64,000 bases of DNA from positions 1,984,001 through 2,048,000 of the forward strand of contig CDPCPM010000123.1 of the NCBI GenBank assembly GCA_976551045.1. Direction: 5' to 3'. Positions 40,671 through 53,099 of the stretch are shown piece by piece (the first letter of the stretch is position 1; each line of letters starts with the position of its first letter). Origin of the DNA: Glaucostegus cemiculus. Lineage: Eukaryota. The translations under genes and the position numbers were made by a program. The notes beneath the pieces are model-generated. The model made no database searches, was not told the DNA's origin, and was given only the letters and a program-made list of their open reading frames with translations.

Positions 40671-42288
40671 CTTGAGTATGTAGCTATCGAGAGGGAGGAG
40701 GTATTGAAATCGTTAAATATTATCAAGACGGATAAGTCTCCGGGGCCTGACGGAATATTCCCCAGGCTGCTTAGAGAGGTAAGGGAGGAGATTGCTGATC
40801 CGCTGGTGAGGATCTTTGAGTCCTCGCTGTCCACAGGGATGGTGCTGGAGGATTGGTGGGTAGCGGATGTTGTTCCCTTGTTTAAGAAAGGTAGTAGGGA
40901 TAGTCTGGGAAATTACAGACCGGTGAGTCTCATGTCTGTGGTGGGTAAGCTGTTAGAAAGGATTCTGAGGGATAGGACCTATGAACACCTGGAGAGTCAC
41001 GGACTGATTAGGGACAGTCAGCATGGCTTTGTGAAGGGAAGATCTTGCCTCACGAGCCTGATAAAATTCCTTGAGGAGGTGACGAGGAAGCTTGATGAGG
41101 GCAGTGCGGTGGATGTAGTCTATATGGATTTTAGTAAGGCATTCGATAAGGTTCCTCATGGCAGGCTTCTTCAGAAGGTTAGAGGTTGAGGCATCCAGGG
41201 GAGTTTGGCTGTGTGGATCAGGAATTGGCTTGCTTGTAGAAAGCAGAGGGTTGTGGTGGAGGGAGTGCCCTCGGATTGGAGGGCTGTGACGAGTGGTGTC
41301 CCTCAGGGATCGGTTCTGGGACCTCTACTCTTTGTTATATTTATAGATGACTTAGATGAAGGAGTGGAAGGATGGGTTGGTAAGTTTGCGGATGACACCA
41401 AGATCGGCGGTGTGGTAGATAGTGTGGAGGACTGTCGGACCTTACAGAGGGATATTGATAGGATGCAGAGCTGGGCAGACAGGTGGTAGATGGAGTTTAA
41501 TCTGGAGAAGTGTGAGGTGATGCACTTTGGGAGGACGAACTCCAGGGCAGAGTATGAGGTAAATGGTAAGGTACTTGGCAGTGTAGAGGAGCAGAGGGAT
41601 CTGGGGGTTCATATCCACAGTTCACTCAAAGTTGCCTCACAGGTGGATAGGGCAGTTAAGGAGGCTTATGGGATGTTAGCTTTTATAAATCGTGGGATTG
41701 AGTTCAAGAGCAGAGAGGTGATAATGCTGCTTTACAAAACTCTAGTTAGGCCGCACTTAGAATATTGCGTTCAGTTCTGGTCGCCGCATTATAGGAAGGA
41801 TGTGGAGGCGTTGGAGAGGGTACAGAGGCGATTTACCAGGATGATGCCTGGATTAGAGGGTATGGAATATGAGGAGAGGCTTAAGGTGCTGGGGCTCTAC
41901 TCGTTGGAGAGGAGGAGGATGAGAGGAGACTTAATAGAGGTGTATAAGATATTGAGAGGAATAGATAGAGTTGACAGCCAGCGCCTCTTTCCCAGAGCAC
42001 AGATGCACAAGACGAGAGGGCATGGCTTTAAGATATTGGGTGGAAAGTTTAGGGGAGATGTCAGAGGGAAGTTTTTCACCCAGAGTGGTTGGCACATGGA
42101 ATGCGCTGCCTGGGGTGGTAGTAGAGGCAGATACGTTGGACAGGTTCAAGAGATTGTTGGATAGGCACATGGAAGAATGTGGAATAGTAGGATATGTGGG
42201 AGGAAAGAGTTAGATTGTGAGACGTTTGAAGGATGGCACAACTTGGTGGGCCGAAGGGCCTGTTTTGTGCTGTATTGTTCTATGGTTC
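40671..42288 (+). mobile_element. Young 5'-truncated CR1 LINE (RT + 3' UTR)
   Basis: [64 protein letters not shown]. Only two in-frame stops (41187-41189, 41487-41489) and a frameshift near 42085. ATGTT is duplicated at 40666-40670 and 42289-42293. Confidence 0.92.
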
Positions 42289-42415
42289 ATGTTGCAGCCA
42301 TATAAAACTTCAGTCAAGTCACATTTGGACTATTATGTGCAGTTCTGGTTGCCACATTACAGGAAAGATGTAATGGAAGTTCACCAGGATGTTACCTGGA
42401 TTAGGAGTGTGTTAG

Positions 42416-43213
42416 TGTTATGAACCAGCAACAAAAGAAACACACCTGGTCATGTATAGTGTGTTAAAAACTACTTTATTAATAACTACTTATGATAAGA
42501 AAAAAAGTAAAACCATTAGAATGTTAGGAGTAACAGTGTTAGATCTTCAACATTAACCCCAGAAACTAAACTCGTAGTGTGTGTGTGTGGCAAATTCCCA
42601 AACTTCAAATCCAGGAATGGTTCTTAAAGTTCAGTTCAGCAAACCGTAAGGTGAAACATGAGCAAAGGTTTCTTCAGCAACAACCGTTAACTGAAGACAA
42701 AACGTGGATGTAGAGACAAAATAGAGTAATTACGAAATCCAAATGTTCCACTTTGGAACCCAAATGACACCTCAGTCTACTCAGCAGTGACTACTCCACC
42801 GCATCTTCCTTACCCCAAAAGGCACTCGAATCGTAGCCATCCACACAAATATCTGCTTCCTTCTACAGGTCAACAACAAAATGAACTCCACTGCTTCATT
42901 CTGAAGTATCTGCCACCCCAAAAGGCATCTGAGATGTGACTGTCCACACAAATACGTTTCCCTCTACAGGTTAACGACAAAGTGGATTCCACCGGATTAT
43001 TCCAAAAATCCATACGTGGATTGTAGTGACAGACACAGATACTGCTTTTCATTCATCAAAAGAGATTAGCAGGCTGCTATCTCTCTCTCTCTCCTCTGAC
43101 TGATTGTTTCAAAAACGCCATTACGTCCTTTAGCTTCTGTCGTCGTAACCACGCCACACACACTACGCCCTATCTTAAAGGGACATTCACAAATAGTAAC
43201 CTACTTTGTAACA
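42416..43213 (-). mobile_element. Solo LTR (798 bp) of an LTR retrotransposon, probably Gypsy- or BEL-type
   Basis: TGTTA...TAACA termini and a perfect 5-bp TSD GTTAG (42411-42415, 43214-43218). Minus-strand AATAAA at 42480-42475. Interrupts a CR1 that is continuous across it. Confidence 0.85.
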
Positions 43214-43879
43214 GTTAGCTATAAGGAGGTTGGACAAACTTGAGTTGCTTTCTCTGGAGTGTCAAGACTGAGGGAAGACCTGATAGAAGTATATATTATG
43301 CAAGGCATAGATCGGGGAGATAATCAGTATCTTTCTTCCAGGGTGGAAATGTCAAATATGAGAGGGTATAGCTTTTAAGGTGAGGAGGGGCCAAGTTCAA
43401 AGATTTGCAAGACAAGGTTTTTTTTAAATACACAGAACACATAGCCAGTGGAGGTGGTAAGAGCAGATATGATTTTGACAGACACATGAATAGGAAGATG
43501 GTATTAGATTGGCACAAGGTCAATGCTGTTTTGTTTAATGTTCTGAAGGGTCACTGCATTTTTTTTTACTCTGGTCTCCAAGTGACTTGACAACCACAAC
43601 AGTGACGTCAACATGGAGCACACCGTAAGATGTGGCTGCACAACAGAAAATGCAGCACTTTGCTTTAAGTAGCTATATCAAATGAAGGGGAGATCTGTCC
43701 AGATATTCACTGACATCTGATACAAGCTTTTTTCATCAGCAACCAGACACATTCACAAGAAAAACCCTCACCTTCTACATTTCAAGCTCTATCAAGCTTA
43801 GATACACCTACACCCTCATCAGAACATGAATGACATCAAACTCTCACATTCCTTGCTGCCACCTTGACATACAAAACCC

Positions 43880-44285
43880 TAATAAGGAGCAGAGTAGATC
43901 ACTCAGCTTCCCTCAACCCTGCTCTCTTCAATTAGATCATTACTGACCTGATGTCTGCCTATTTGTTATCCATTAGCCCCTTATTTATGAAGAACGAGCC
44001 TCAAAGAAGATTCTATTTTCGTCATCTTTCAGAGAAGACAGTTTTTTTGAACCTCATAACAAGTTTCACCTCATCTCTCTTAAATGGATCAAAAAAAGAC
44101 TACAGCAGGAACTCAGTGGGACAAGGAGCATTGGGGGGGGGGGGGGGGGGGGAGGGTGGAAGAGACTCTCTCAACCGAAAATGTGGACAATTCCAGCAGT
44201 TTCTTTTTTTGCTCCATATTCCAGCATCTGCAGTCTCTTGTGTCTCTCTTGAATGGATGAAGCCTTAACCTGAGACAGTGACCTA
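43880..44285 (-). mobile_element. CR1 3' end interrupted by a Penelope-derived mini-element (44090-44242)
   Basis: CR1 tail AATAAGGAGCAGAGTAGATCACTCAG. The insert is flanked by TCTCTCTTAAATGGAT (44074-44089) and TCTCTCTTGAATGGAT (44243-44258) and ends ATTCCAGCATCTGCAGTCTC. Confidence 0.7.
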
Positions 44286-44287
44286 GC

Positions 44288-44620
44288 TCAAGACAGATAG
44301 GGCAGACAGTCTTTCCCCTGGGATGGAAATGTCATAATACTACAAGGTATACCGTTAAAGGTGAGAGGGGAAAGTTTAAAAGGAGATATATGTGGCAACT
44401 TTTTTTTTAAGAAACACACAGAATGGTAGGTTCCTGGAAGGGGAAATGGTGGAAGTAAATACACAATAGCAACATTTAAGAGGCATTTAGACAAATCAAC
44501 AGGCAGGGAAAAGATGGATATAGACCTTGTGCAGGCAGATGTGCAGTTTAAATTGGCACTGTGGTTGACAGATATTGTGGGCCAAAGAGGTTTTTCCCCC
44601 ACACTGTACTGTTCTACATC
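44288..44620 (+). mobile_element. CR1 3' fragment
   Basis: GATAGGGCAGACAGTCTTTCCCC...AAGGTGAGAGGGGAAAGTTTAAAAGGAGAT...GTACTGTTCTA. Confidence 0.75.
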
Positions 44621-44749
44621 TAGATAGGTCAGTGTAACCATGTCCATTCTTCCTGTACATGTCCCAATAGATGAACTAGAAGCAATGATTCTAATGATTT
44701 TTCAGTACAATCTATTTGTCTACAATTGACAGTTCTGTCAACTGTGAAC

Positions 44750-45000
44750 ACTTGCTAATCACAAGGCTGTAGATTCAAGTCTCACACCAGAGATATGAAC
44801 ACAAAAATCTAGTCCAAAGCAGTACAGAATGAAAAGTGTATGTTGGAGTGGCCAAAATGCCCCTTCTACCACCCTGGATGTATCTTAAAGTAATAAAAGC
44901 ATTAATTTGACAAAGAAACTGTTACTACTTGTGTCATGGTCAATATTTACCCTCAACAGCACTGAATAAAATACATTATCACACTGTTGCTTGGGAAAGA
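44750..45000 (+). mobile_element. Deu-domain SINE (AmnSINE1/SacSINE1-like), decayed
   Basis: B-box-like GATTCAAGTCTCACACCAGAGA...AATCTAG and CAATATTTACCCTCAAC...CATTATCACACTGTTG. Confidence 0.55.
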
Positions 45001-47174
45001 GAAACATACAAAAAGGATCCCGAGATTAGGGAAGACCTGACCTATGAAATCCAACTTTACGCAAATTCACACAAATTTTCAAAGAATTTGTCAAGACAGT
45101 ATCAACATACTACAAGCAAACCTCACATTATGGAAATACGATCTTACAAAATTCATGTACCACAACCCAAAAATTTGAAATGCAGAATAAAATTTGCTTT
45201 CACGGAATTTATATGAAAAAATAAATCAACATAAAATTAATATATTTTCAACTCATGCTTCTTGATGCATGTTCAGATGATGTGGCTTTGCATTACTGAA
45301 TATGTAATTTAGGCCATTTAGTAGGAATGCAACCACAGGAACCACCCCCCGCCCAGTAACAAGTAACAAAATGTTTTGTGATATTCGTTAACAACTGTTC
45401 ATAGTATATATATATATTCCATTAGTTTAACTATGGTTAGTGTTAAGGTGAATATTTGATGAAATGAAAGCACAGGAAGTCTATACAACAGTAGCTATAG
45501 AAAACAGACATTTCTGACATAGGGGGTAAAATAATAGTTTACAGACAATTCTCAGTAACTGAAACCTGACGTGACCCATAGGGTGCTTGTATTTCACTGC
45601 CCATGGGCCATCTCAAGGTCATGAAAAGGGCTTTTCAAACCTAAGACTCTTTTCATTTTAAGTATAACCAAAAGGAACATATTCTGTTAGTTACACAGAA
45701 TCCAGCTTGTACCCAAATCAAAAATGGATCAAGGGCAAAGGTCATTGCTGATCCAGGTATTTGCTTATTTTTTTGTATTTATAACAAACAATAACATTTC
45801 ACTCTAACAATGACATATTTCACTAATGACTGCATCAGAAGATTGCATTGCAATACTTAAGAAAGCAGAAGGCCCTAGTTTCCTACCAAAACTAAATATA
45901 AATTTTATTTCAAATCTAAAATAGTGGGTGCTAAAAGTGGGAACCTATTAGGCAAATGAATAATACAAGGCTCAAGTATTTCCAGGGGTACATAATTCAT
46001 ACTAAATTTTTACCAGGAAACAAAATCTTATGATTAAATCATTCATGGCTTATACTTTGTGCACATCAAGAAAAAAAAGCTATATTATGAGAAGATATTA
46101 ATAGTGTCACTAGTCTGACGAAAAACCTGTACATAAATGTGTTTTATCCTTGGAGGAATCTCCCGATTACACAAGTTCACAAAGAATTGTCAAAGAAAAA
46201 TTTAATTTTATATGAGTTATGTATTGTATGTAGGTGCTCCAACCATGACATCAAAAGAGATAAGTCTCTAATAGTTTACAAAGCAGGTTAAGCCATTGAA
46301 AGCAAGACAAAAGTCAAACAATGAATCAGAAAATGAAAAAGGAGAAACAAAACTGCCCATTAAGATTCCCTTTGCCTTGACACTGAAACTATTGACCAAG
46401 TGGTCATATTTAAAATGGAAAGAGGCTTGTGTTTGACAAGGCCCTCTCATGACCTTAGGACCTCCGCAACTGTTTCTAAAGATTAGTGGTGTTTAGAAAT
46501 CATTTTTATTTTATTTCCCCCCCCCCCCATTAATAACAAATTTGAAAATGTTAATTGGAAACAAATACAATTGAAATTAAGAAAAAGAGCCAAATACTAA
46601 ACTTCCAATAAGTGACAATAGGTAATCCCATTCAAATTAACATGAGGTCAGACAAAAACTATTGTGTTTCCAGCACATCGGTTGAGCAACTTACTGCACA
46701 GAACATAATGTCCAGGGGAAGACTAGGTCAGGTGCATATGCATCTGACCTTCAGTGCATTTCCAACTTTCACACTAGGAAGTTCAGAATGCACTGCCATG
46801 CACGCAGCAGCTCAGAGCCAGTTCTCTATGGTGATGCTGGGAAGCACCTACTAAACAATCAGTTCTCTCTGGACAAATATTGCCTGGCATGCTAATTATT
46901 TTCCAATTTATCTGGTTTTATTTCAGATATCAAGCAGCTGAAGTACTTCAGTTTCAGATACTTTGTGCTTGCATTACTTCCATCAAGTGGAAAAAAAAGT
47001 AAAAAGTTGAAATACTGGAATAAAAGGCAAAGATGGATCACAGAGTATGGGGCAGGGACGATGATAATACACAAAGCACGAGAGTGCACACCCACACCAA
47101 ATTAAAACACAAACACACCCAACAGATACATAGAGAGGGGGAGCAAAGGGAAAATGAGAGCAAAAGAGTGTGCC

Positions 47175-47385
47175 TAGTGGGTTGGGTGATATCCAGTCTG
47201 CCCTCTGACGAACTGGAAAAGACACTCGAGTTTCCACTTAAATGGAAAGCCACCAATAATGCATTAATGATTAAAAGCTCCTGAAATACAGAGGATGAAA
47301 GAACACCTCTCATTCAAATAATTTACTTAAAAAAAAGCAATTGCAATCTTTCCAAGACAAATCCATAAAGCAATATCAAATGTGG
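47175..47385 (+). repeat. Unclassified ~200-bp element, copy 2
   Basis: Diverged direct copy of 39307-39530 (compare also ORFs 39165-39443 and 47038-47313, which share FQE.LIIN.LLVAF.....VFSSSSEGR). Confidence 0.8.
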
Positions 47386-47389
47386 TTTA

Positions 47390-49600
47390 TGGGAGGAAGA
47401 AGGTTCTCCACTATAGAGTGGAGGCAACAAATTGGTTAAATGGAGATAAAGGTTGGAAATGGAGTGCAATCACAAGTGCAAGATAATACATTTGGAGAAA
47501 GCAGATAGAAATAACACGCAGAAAATGATAGAATACTAAAAGGAAAAGGAACCAAGGGATTTTGAAGTTCACATTTATTGATCTCTGAAGGTAACTAAAC
47601 AGGTAACTAAGACTTAAAAAAGTTTTAGGGATTCTTGCTTTTACTGGGCAAGGCACAGAATTTAAGAGTCAGCAGATCAAGCTATATGTGTATATACACT
47701 GTATACAGTTCCAGTCACACCATGACATGAAGGTTATGACAGGTACACAGTTTTTAAGAGGTTGTCCTATTGAAACATTTAAGATTCATGGGACTCAAAG
47801 GGTAGATGCTGAAAGAATGTTTCCTCTTGTGGTAAATTTTGAACTAGGGTGCACAGTTTCAGAGTAAAGGGTCGTTCATTTATTACAGTGAGGAGGAGGA
47901 GAAGGAATTTCCTCTCAGAATTATGAATCTAGGGAATTCATAATGGCAGTGAACCGTGGAGGCTGAATCACTGAATATGTTCAAAGCCTGAATAGATTAT
48001 TAGTTTATAGTAGATTCAAGGGTGATGAAAATAGGCGACTAAGTGAAGCCAAGCCCTAGAACAGATCAACCATAATCTTGTTGCATGGTAGACCAGACTC
48101 ACAGCCTACTCCTGCTCCAATATCAAATGTGTTGAGGCAGGATGATAATTAGTTATGAGAAGAGGCAGAGGCTAACATGAAGATAGAGGAGAAATTTTAT
48201 TGAAATTATATAAAAGCTAGAAAGAGTGAAAAGGAAGGACACATTTTCCTCGACAGAGATTAATATCCAAGATGTCAGAGATTTAAGTTTAATCAGTTAA
48301 AGGATCTACCATTTCACCTGGAGGAGAGTGGGTCTAGAATTCACTGGTAGTAAATTTGGAGGAGGCAGAAAACGCCATCACATTTCAAAGGTTCCTTGGT
48401 TATGCATTTAACGAGCACTGACCTACAAGGCTTTACACTGAGAGCCAAGAAGTGGCTGTAACACAAATAGCTCCATTTCTGTACTCCTGGAGATGATGGG
48501 CCTAATGGCTTCCTCCTCTCCTATGAATTTCCAGGCTTATGATAAATTTTGGGAATTAACATTTTACTTCAATTTCTAATAATCAAATGTTTCAGAATAA
48601 TTTCCAAACACATTCAACTGTCTTGAACAAGGTGATTTTTTCATTTAAGTCTTACAACCAAATCTGCATTTCTAAATCTATAATCATATTAGTTCTATGG
48701 TGTGGGGTGAAAGGAGTTAGCAGAAGGTTCCTTTTAGAACACGGAAAATGAGTAGTACTAACATTTACTACATACCACTAAAAGTATCATTTTTATTGAG
48801 AAAATACATAGAATCATATCTTCAAACTATGATGAAAGTGACAGCTAAAGGAATCAATTAAGGGATAGAAGACGTCTGTAAAGATCCTAGTCACACAAGT
48901 TAAAGATTTGCTCATTGACATCTCCGCATGGTCATCTTGACAATTAAACATGTGAAAATTTGTTAATAAGCAGTACACAACTGTCTTTAAAAGAACCTAA
49001 ACAAAAGCAGAAAAGCTAAAAACCACCCAACAGGTTAAGCAGCATCAGTGGGGGGAGAAGCAAAACTGAAGTTTCAGATCAAGGGCTCTTCATCAGAATT
49101 GGAAAAATTCATGTGCACACCAGTGATTAGACTACAGATTACAGTTCTGCCATTCATATTATAAAAGAATATACAGCTACTAGAGGAAAGTAAACACTAT
49201 TTACAAGGATAATGTCCAAACCAAGAGGATATACTCATTAAGACTGAACAGACTTTCTCCCCCCTCCTGAGAAATTGGAAAGGCGTGACCCCATTTATGC
49301 AAGTATATGTAAATTATTTTAACTGTTGGAAACAATCTTTTGTCTACTCATGGGAAGTCACAGCCAGGGAACACCAACGTAACATAGTCAAAATGAATCC
49401 AAAGGAAACATTCTAGATAATTTTCTTTACTCAGAAAGCAGAACTTGCTATAAGGAGTTTGTGATGTGAAAAGCACAAATGCATTTAACAATGTGCTAGG
49501 GTCACTCACAACAGAGAAATGAATAGCAGGAGAGGACTCATGGAGCACAAACATCAATTGAATTGGACAAAATGACCAAATTTTCTGCAGCATTTTCCCC
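47390..49600 (+). mobile_element. Cluster of old CR1 fragments with an embedded Penelope pLTR (~49000-49105, -)
   Basis: Several degenerate CR1 C-terminal and 3' UTR segments (e.g. GGGTAGATGCTGAAAGAATGTTTCCTC). The pLTR retains CTGATGA (49096-49090) and GAAA (49075-49072). Confidence 0.6.
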
Positions 49601-50689
49601 ACACAATTCTGTATAAAAATGAGGTCAAGCAGTAAAACAGCATCAGCCATTATCCCAGTTGCTTCTAAACCTACCCATGTAAAAGGTGGTTTTAAATGCA
49701 CTGTTCTATTTTGTAACTGTTCCCAGTCTCCAAATTAATGTCAACAGCTCCAGCATCTTGAGTATCACTCTGAAGTCAGGGCTCAACTTTTAGTCAAGAT
49801 ACCTAAAGAGCTTAGCAATGCATTCGGTCCATAAGTGGCAAATTGATAGTTATCAAGGTTGTGAACTTATAGTAAATTTGCATAAACATATCACCCAAAA
49901 TGTTAATAGACCATGGTGCAGAAAATTTGATAAACAATCAGAAATAAACCAAAGGACAATTTAATTTTATTATTTTAATTGGAATTAAAATCTGAAATGA
50001 AATTAAGTAAGTTTTGAATAAAAACAAATTTTGTATCTTAAATAAATGTGTACAAAAATATCATTACAAACAAGTGTAAAGAAAAACTTTCTCATGTTCT
50101 ATAAATGCAACTTGTTGTTTGACAAGATCATTGTGTAGGCTTTCTTCCACAAAACTAAGGAGTGATCTTATGCTATTGGCACATATAACCAACCCCATTT
50201 CAAAACTGGCACCAAATGGTAACCAACGTAGAAGTGTGCCAGTTTCTCTAGAACAGAAAAAATGTTTTTCCCAATTATTGTCACAGACATTAAGAAAGGA
50301 CTCAAGTACTATGTGCAAGTTCTATTAACTCCAATGTAACCCACTCAAACGATTAAACATAGATTGAATTAGATCACCATTGTTCCTAAAGGTTTGAATG
50401 CCTCTGAGGACTGACCATCAAATTGGCACCAGCATTGTTCATGTGTAAGTGGTAAGAAAAGGCAAGTCATGCATAATACTCTGCCCCCAGTCAGATGCTA
50501 CATACGTTGCCAGCGGAAGCAATCCAGCAAGCTGTAAACTCTAAAGTACATTACATATAACGCACTGGATTCAAATCTCACATTATGTTTTAATGATTCC
50601 AATCCCATTTCAGTATAATGAAGAAAGCAGCACTATTCGAAGCAAGTTACTCTATAAATTGAAATAATGAGAAAAGTCATTAATAATCT

Positions 50690-52010
50690 CATTGAAACAT
50701 TCAACATTTTTTCAGGGGTCTGGCACTGTAGATACAAGAATGTTTCCTCTGGCTGCAGCGCCTTGAATCCATGGTTAGTCTCCAAAAAGGGTCGGCCACT
50801 CAGGCTGAGACGCAAAGGAATTTCACTCAGACAATCAAGTTTTAAAATTCTTTTCCCAATAGGGAAGTGAAGATTCATTTCCCAAGCATTTTCAAGACAC
50901 AGATCAATAGATATTCAGATATCCATGGATATGAGGTAACTACAGTAAAGTGGTCCTGAGGTTATAATCAGCCATGACCTTACTTATGGTAGATTCTAAG
51001 ATGCCTGAATGAGACCATTTTTGGGCTTGAAAGGATAAGCTGGTGGGTAGCCTGGGAGATGGTGCGCTCCTTCCACTGCTTATGCACTCCCTTCCTACTT
51101 GTCGGGGCCAGAGATCTCCTGCTCCCCATCCACTTGCTGGGCTCCCTGACTTTACAACCTCTCCAAACTCTTTCAATTGTTAGCTGTGCTCCCTTGAAGC
51201 TTAACTGGTTTTCTTCCTACACTCCCTTTAAACTTACCAGAGCCTCAATACTTTTCTACTGTGTGACATTTAAACAAACTGAATTAACAGTGTGACAGAA
51301 TATTAATACAATAATTTCTGCTAGTCTGGAATATTTGCTAATCCAGTACCAAACTCCCAAATGCTCCAGATAAAAGGAGTTTTATGATAATTAGGAAGCC
51401 TAATGAAAAATTGGCCTCTATTGCCAGCTGCATGGAACACAAATCTTAGGAAATCTTGATACAAATGTATGGGCCACTGGTGACACCACAAAAGGAAAAA
51501 AGGGTCCAGTTTTTTTGTTCTTATTTAAAAAGGCATATACTTGCAATGGAAGCAGTTCACTAGGTTGATTCCTGAGATGATGGGGCTGCCTTATGATGGC
51601 AACAGGTTAAGCCAATGCTCATTAGAATTCAAAATAGTAAGTAATCTGATTGAAGCCCATAAGATTCTGAGAATGCTTCACTTAGAAGATGCCAAGTGAA
51701 TCTTTCCCCTCATGGGAATACAGAACTGGAGGGCATTGTTTCAGTGTAGGAGGTGACTCATTTTATATAAAGACAGAGGAATTTCTCCTCCAAGTTGTGT
51801 CTTTGAAATTTTCTTCCCCAAAGAGCTGTGAAGGTTGAAACACTGAATATATTGAAGGATAAGATAGCTTTTTGGTCAATAGCAAAGGTATTGGAGTAAT
51901 GAAGTGTGGAAACGAAAGTAGTACGGAGGTCAAGATCAGTTCAGCCATTATCTTACCGAAAGGCAGAACAAGCTTGCAGGGGTACATGCCTAGGCGTGCT
52001 CACGTTCTTA
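50690..52010 (+). mobile_element. Two old CR1 3' fragments (~50690-51010 and ~51390-52010)
   Basis: CTCATTGAAACATTCAACATT...AATGTTTCCTCTGGCTG and TAGGTTGATTCCTGAGATG...AAGATTCTGAGA with CR1 tails. Confidence 0.6.
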
Positions 52011-52139
52011 CACTGAAGGAAGTTAATATTTCAGCTTCTACAACAGTTGTACCTTATCAAAACTGTCCTTCAGAAGCTCACCTGATGTCTTTAATCTATC
52101 GAAGTCTGTTTTGTTATTGTGAATAGACTGGATTGATTT

Positions 52140-52820
52140 AAACATAAAATCTAGGTTCACACATCAATTTTGTGTTAAGTAAACACTGCTATATGCAAGT
52201 CTTTCAGGTGAGACATTAAAGAAATCACATCTGCACTTTCAGGTGGCTGTAAAAGATCCCATGTGCTACTAGAGAAAACCATTATATGACCATGATTTAT
52301 GTCTCAACCACAATTAAAGCAGATTATCTGGTTATTTACACACTGCTGGTTGTGGAATCGTGCTACGCATAAATTGCTAGTATATTTTCAACATTATTGA
52401 TAACACTACAGAAATATCTCACCAACTGTAAAGTACTTTTGGGCAACCACACAACATAAAAGGAAGATATTTCATTGCCAGTTATTTTCTTATACCGGTG
52501 ACTAAGTTTAATGTAGGAGGGCACTGCAGTGCAATACTGAAGATCTCATTTTTCAGGAGAAGATTAGCCTTCCTTTTGTGGCAATTCGTACTGTTGTGCT
52601 AAACAAAACCTCAAACAAACAAAAAGAAAAGCAGCTCCTTACACCCTGGACAACATGCTTCTCTCAACTAATACGATCAAAAGTTGATAATTTATTTCAT
52701 TTGCAATTTGTGCAGCCTTGTGTGCAAACTGATTGCTATGCTCAAAGATGTGACACATTCATTGTGAAGCATTTGGGACATTCTTAAGACTTGAAGTGAT
52801 ACAAAGTACTTCAGTTCCTT
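52140..52820 (+). mobile_element. Two tandem Deu-domain SINE copies (~52140-52490, ~52515-52820)
   Basis: GTCTTTCAGGTGAGACATTAAA...CAGGTGGCTGTAAAAGATCCCATG...CAGATTATCTGGTTATT...TGCTGGTTGTGGAATCGTGCT and a TGTAAAGTACTTTTGGG tail. Confidence 0.7.
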
Positions 52821-53099
52821 ATTAAGTGGATGATGGGATGTGAGAGAGGTTAAGGGTGGATGAAGTAAAACAATTATACAACATAGCATTTGAACATGAC
52901 ACTTATTTCAAGAATTCAGCTACTCTGAACTGACAAACCAGTAACCACTAATAATGAGACTTAATCCCAGTTGTATGGTTTAAAATTTTCTCACCAGCTA
53001 ATAAAATGTGTTGTCAGAATCAATCTTTTTTGAAAAAATTGTTGAGCATTATATTTCACTGAATTCTTGTTGACAGTTCTTGTATCAAAAGATAAAAGT

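Larger units (their letters stand above)
40105..43540 (+). mobile_element. Older CR1 LINE split by a younger CR1 and a solo LTR
   Basis: RT remnant 40105-40670 resumes at 42289 (MLQPYKTSVKSHLDYYVQFWLPHYRKDV) and again at 43214. Confidence 0.8.

Noticed and set aside
40626-42164. Long RT ORFs as a functional or domesticated gene
   Set aside because: 5'-truncated CR1 with two nonsense codons, a frameshift, a normal CR1 tail and a TSD.
44133-44157. Long poly-G run (also a poly-C run at 5127-5141)
   Set aside because: Homopolymer expansions inside retroelements; the lengths may be assembly artefacts.
44755-44800. B-box-like GATTCAAGTC as a tRNA gene
   Set aside because: It is the decayed head of a Deu-domain SINE, with no cloverleaf.
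49675-49802. Possible 128-nt minus-strand exon (TTTAG|GTATC...CATGG|GTAGGT)
   Set aside because: Weak pyrimidine tract, early stops in all three frames, and no independent support.
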